Shown here in pieces: positions 36,531-38,953 of a stretch of 38,953 bases of DNA. Source of the stretch: an uncultured Chromatiaceae bacterium (GTDB taxonomy: Bacteria > Pseudomonadota > Gammaproteobacteria > Chromatiales > Chromatiaceae); contig CAZFHV010000003.1 of assembly GCA_964519095.1 (NCBI GenBank), positions 1-38,953 on the forward strand. The letters are read 5' to 3'. The notes below the pieces were generated by a model. That model searched no databases and was not told the origin of the DNA. It saw only the letters and a list, made by a program, of their open reading frames with translations. The position numbers were made by a program, and so were the translations under genes. Position 1 is the first letter of the stretch. Every line of letters starts with the position of its first letter.

Positions 36531-38360
36531 TCAGTGGTTCTCAGCCGGAGCTGCGCCGACCTGGACACGATAGAGCTCGGCGTAGGTACCGCCCCGCGCC
36601 ACCAGTTGCTCATGGGTGCCCTCTTCGGCCACTACACCCTCCTTCAGCACGAGGATCTTGTCGGCGTCGCGGATGGTGCTGAGCCGGTGGGCGATGGTGA
36701 TTACGGTGCGCCCCTTCATCAGTCTTTGGAGGGCCTCCATCACCAGCTTTTCCGATTCGGTATCCAGCGCCGCAGTCGGCTCGTCGAGGATGAGGATCGG
36801 GGCATTGCGGACGATTGCGCGCGCTATCCCGATGCGCTGGCGCTGGCCGCCCGAGAGCGTCAGGCCCCGCTCCCCCACCATCGTGTCATAGCCAGCGGGC
36901 ATCTTGGCGATGAACTCGTCGGCGTTGGCAAGGCGCGCCGCTTCGGCGATCTCCTCCTCGGTCGCGGAGGGGCGGCCGTAGGCGATGTTCTCCCGCACCG
37001 TACCATGGAACAGCACCGTGTCCTGCAGCACGAAAGCGATCTGGGCCCGTAGTGCGTGCAGCGCGTAGTCCCGCACATCCACGCCGTCGATGCGCACAGA
37101 GCCCCCCGCCGGGTCATAGAACCTGGGGATCATGCTGACGATGGTGGACTTGCCCCCGCCGGTCGGGCCCACCACGCCCACGAATTGCCCGGGGGCGATC
37201 TTGGCGTTCACGTCCCGGAGCACCGGTGCCTGGGGATCGTAGGCGAAGGCCACGTGCTCGAAACTGATCTCGCCCCGCAGCCGGCCCGGGGTGCGGGCCT
37301 CGGGCTTCTCGGGCAGGACCTCGTCGGTGTCAAGGATCGCCTGGATGCGCTCGATCGCCACCGCGGTTTGAGCGACGCTGTTACTCATCTTCGCCAGGTC
37401 CTGCACCGGCTTGAAGAACTTGCCCAGGTAGGACAGGAACACCGTGAGTGAGCCGATGGTCATCACATCGGCCAGCACCAGGGCGGACCCACGCCAGAGC
37501 ACGTAGCCGGTGCACAGCGCCACTACCACGGCGACGGTGGGGGAGATGACCGATTTCACCCTGCGGGCGGCCAGCGCCGCCTCCACGGTCGCGCGACTCA
37601 CCTCCTGGAGGCGTGCCTCCTCGGCATCCTGCCTCCCGTAGGCCTTGACCACCCGGATCGACTCGAGCCCTTGCTGCACGACGGCGAGGATGCCGCTTTG
37701 CTGTTCACGGACTTCCTTGGTTGCCTGTTTGACGGCACGGTTGACACGCGCCACGAACAGCAGGAGGAAGGGCGTCGCTATGACGGCAATCAGGGCGAAG
37801 TCCCAGTTCATCCAGAACATCACCCCGAGCATGCCGAGGATGGTCAAGAGGTCCACCAGGATGCCGAGCGTTCCCGAAGAAGCGAAGCTTTGGACGGTGG
37901 AGACGTCGGTGGTGATGGTGGACAGGATGGCCCCGGTCCGGTGGGTATCGTAGTAGCCGAGCGAGAGCCGCTGCAGGTGATCGTAGGTGCGCTTGCGGAG
38001 ATCGTAGGCGACCCACTGGGCGACGCTTTCGGTGTAGTAATTCTCGATGTAGCCCGCTACCGCGTTAAGGACGGCGATGATCACCACGCCCAAGGCGGCG
38101 ATGGCCGCATACTCCATCTTGCCACCGTCGATATGGAGAAACCGCATCGCATCCAGCAGGTCCGGCGCCTTATGGCTGCCCACGACGTGGTCGAGCACGA
38201 TCTTGAGGGGCCAGGGCGCCGCGATCGACATCAGGGTCTGGACCAGCATGGCCGCCAAGATGATCGCCAGCCAGCCGCGGTAGGGCCGCAGCAGATCGGC
38301 GACGAGGCGCATCTTGTTTCGGGCGAGCAAGTGCGCCTTTCCGGTTTCTTCTCTCTTCAT
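36531..38360 (-). CDS. Type I ABC exporter, fused permease/ATPase (MsbA-like)
   Basis: Six-TM exporter domain, then Walker A GPTGGGKST, signature LSGGQRQRIGIARA, Walker B ILILDEPT, H-loop AHRLST. ATG at 38360; an upstream GTG at 38396 is possible. Confidence 0.9.
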   Translation of the reverse strand: MKREETGKAHLLARNKMRLVADLLRPYRGWLAIILAAMLVQTLMSIAAPWPLKIVLDHVVGSHKAPDLLDAMRFLHIDGGKMEYAAIAALGVVIIAVLNAVAGYIENYYTESVAQWVAYDLRKRTYDHLQRLSLGYYDTHRTGAILSTITTDVSTVQSFASSGTLGILVDLLTILGMLGVMFWMNWDFALIAVIATPFLLLFVARVNRAVKQATKEVREQQSGILAVVQQGLESIRVVKAYGRQDAEEARLQEVSRATVEAALAARRVKSVISPTVAVVVALCTGYVLWRGSALVLADVMTIGSLTVFLSYLGKFFKPVQDLAKMSNSVAQTAVAIERIQAILDTDEVLPEKPEARTPGRLRGEISFEHVAFAYDPQAPVLRDVNAKIAPGQFVGVVGPTGGGKSTIVSMIPRFYDPAGGSVRIDGVDVRDYALHALRAQIAFVLQDTVLFHGTVRENIAYGRPSATEEEIAEAARLANADEFIAKMPAGYDTMVGERGLTLSGGQRQRIGIARAIVRNAPILILDEPTAALDTESEKLVMEALQRLMKGRTVITIAHRLSTIRDADKILVLKEGVVAEEGTHEQLVARGGTYAELYRVQVGAAPAENH

Positions 38361-38654
38361 CACTGCCAATACTCTCAGACCATCGCCGCGGGGCACCTGT
38401 CCCCCGGATCCCGAAAGGACTCTTGGTCTCTCCCCACCACCAGAGTTGGATCACCAGCCGGGTTCGTGGAGCGACTTCATAGGGACGCAGACCGGGGGAG
38501 CCGAAATCATGGGAAAGTGACTCCCAGCGGACGCGGCTCTGGTCGCAGGGTGCCCCTGCTTGCGTACCAGTAACGATGGGACCGGGGTTCTCTCGAGCAG
38601 GGTATGATCGAAACTACCCTTCGCTGTTGCTTCTGAGCCAACGGCCCAACTAAA

Positions 38655-38891
38655 TCAAGCTAGCATATGGCCCTGCAATTGCAAGGTACCACTACTACCG
38701 GAGCTACTTGTGAACGCTATTGGGGTTAAGCGAGCAACGTCCCTGAGCGGCAGGAGGAGAGTGGTGATCGCCCCCAGTCGCGCCTTGGCATGGGTCCGGC
38801 GGACATACCAGCTCCGCCAGTCGTAGACCAGCCCCACCGCACGCGACGAGAGCGTGCATCGCTCCGTCTGTTTACCAACGAGGCTCACCAT
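38655..38891 (-). other. Unassigned 78-aa ORF in the AT-richer terminal segment (possible gene fragment or mobile-element remnant)
   Basis: The ORF is preceded directly by an in-frame stop, and a second open frame (…TERSVLRHEKIHRAIDRGQLNGEPRW*) runs in from the window edge. GC3 decays toward its 3' end. No family recognised. Confidence 0.2.
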
Positions 38892-38953
38892 TTAGCTGAC
38901 CCCGATCAATGGCACGATGAATTTTCTCGTGCCGCAACACGCTTCGTTCAGTC

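Noticed and set aside
38667-38729. Plus-strand 20-aa ORF MALQLQGTTTTGATCERYWG as a possible RiPP precursor
   Set aside because: It has no SD and is on the opposite strand to the exporter. It overlaps the TGCAATTGCA palindrome, has poor codon bias, and no modification enzymes are nearby.

Overview
High-GC window (spot counts about 65-77% G+C), most likely a gammaproteobacterial chromosome. It is densely coded on both strands, and I found no rRNA, tRNA, CRISPR array or intact IS. From 5.6 to 13 kb there is a housekeeping block: psiE, purN-purM, a DUF2066 gene, a CDP-alcohol phosphatidyltransferase, hda, wrbA-like, arsC-like and namZ-like genes. Four regions stand out. (1) At 0.4-5.5 kb, a frameshifted membrane-anchored Enzyme-I-like gene is followed by a RES-Xre toxin-antitoxin pair and then a large divergent CorA-superfamily membrane protein. 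The pair and the CorA-like gene may form a three-gene module. (2) At 13-17 kb, a minus-strand cluster encodes a membrane-anchored hypothetical protein, an orphan HprK-like P-loop kinase, an HTH-2Fe2S-FNR fusion protein, a dihaem cytochrome c4 and a possible 26-aa membrane peptide. (3) At 18.1-30.6 kb there is a tungsten island. Its minus-strand part looks like one 10-gene operon: aorABCDE-like tungsten aldehyde:ferredoxin oxidoreductase, tupBCA tungstate uptake and moeA. A two-subunit Fdh1-like NAD-dependent formate dehydrogenase is transcribed divergently. The 216-nt divergent region is highly structured, and a perfect 16-bp hairpin lies inside the operon. (4) At 34.6-38.9 kb, a lower-GC tail carries an exported ParB-like protein, an ABC exporter coupled to a PLD-family protein, and an AT-richer end that may be an island boundary. 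Most long ORFs in the six-frame track that lie antisense to these genes are high-GC shadow ORFs. All family assignments come from motifs read by eye; no database search was possible.
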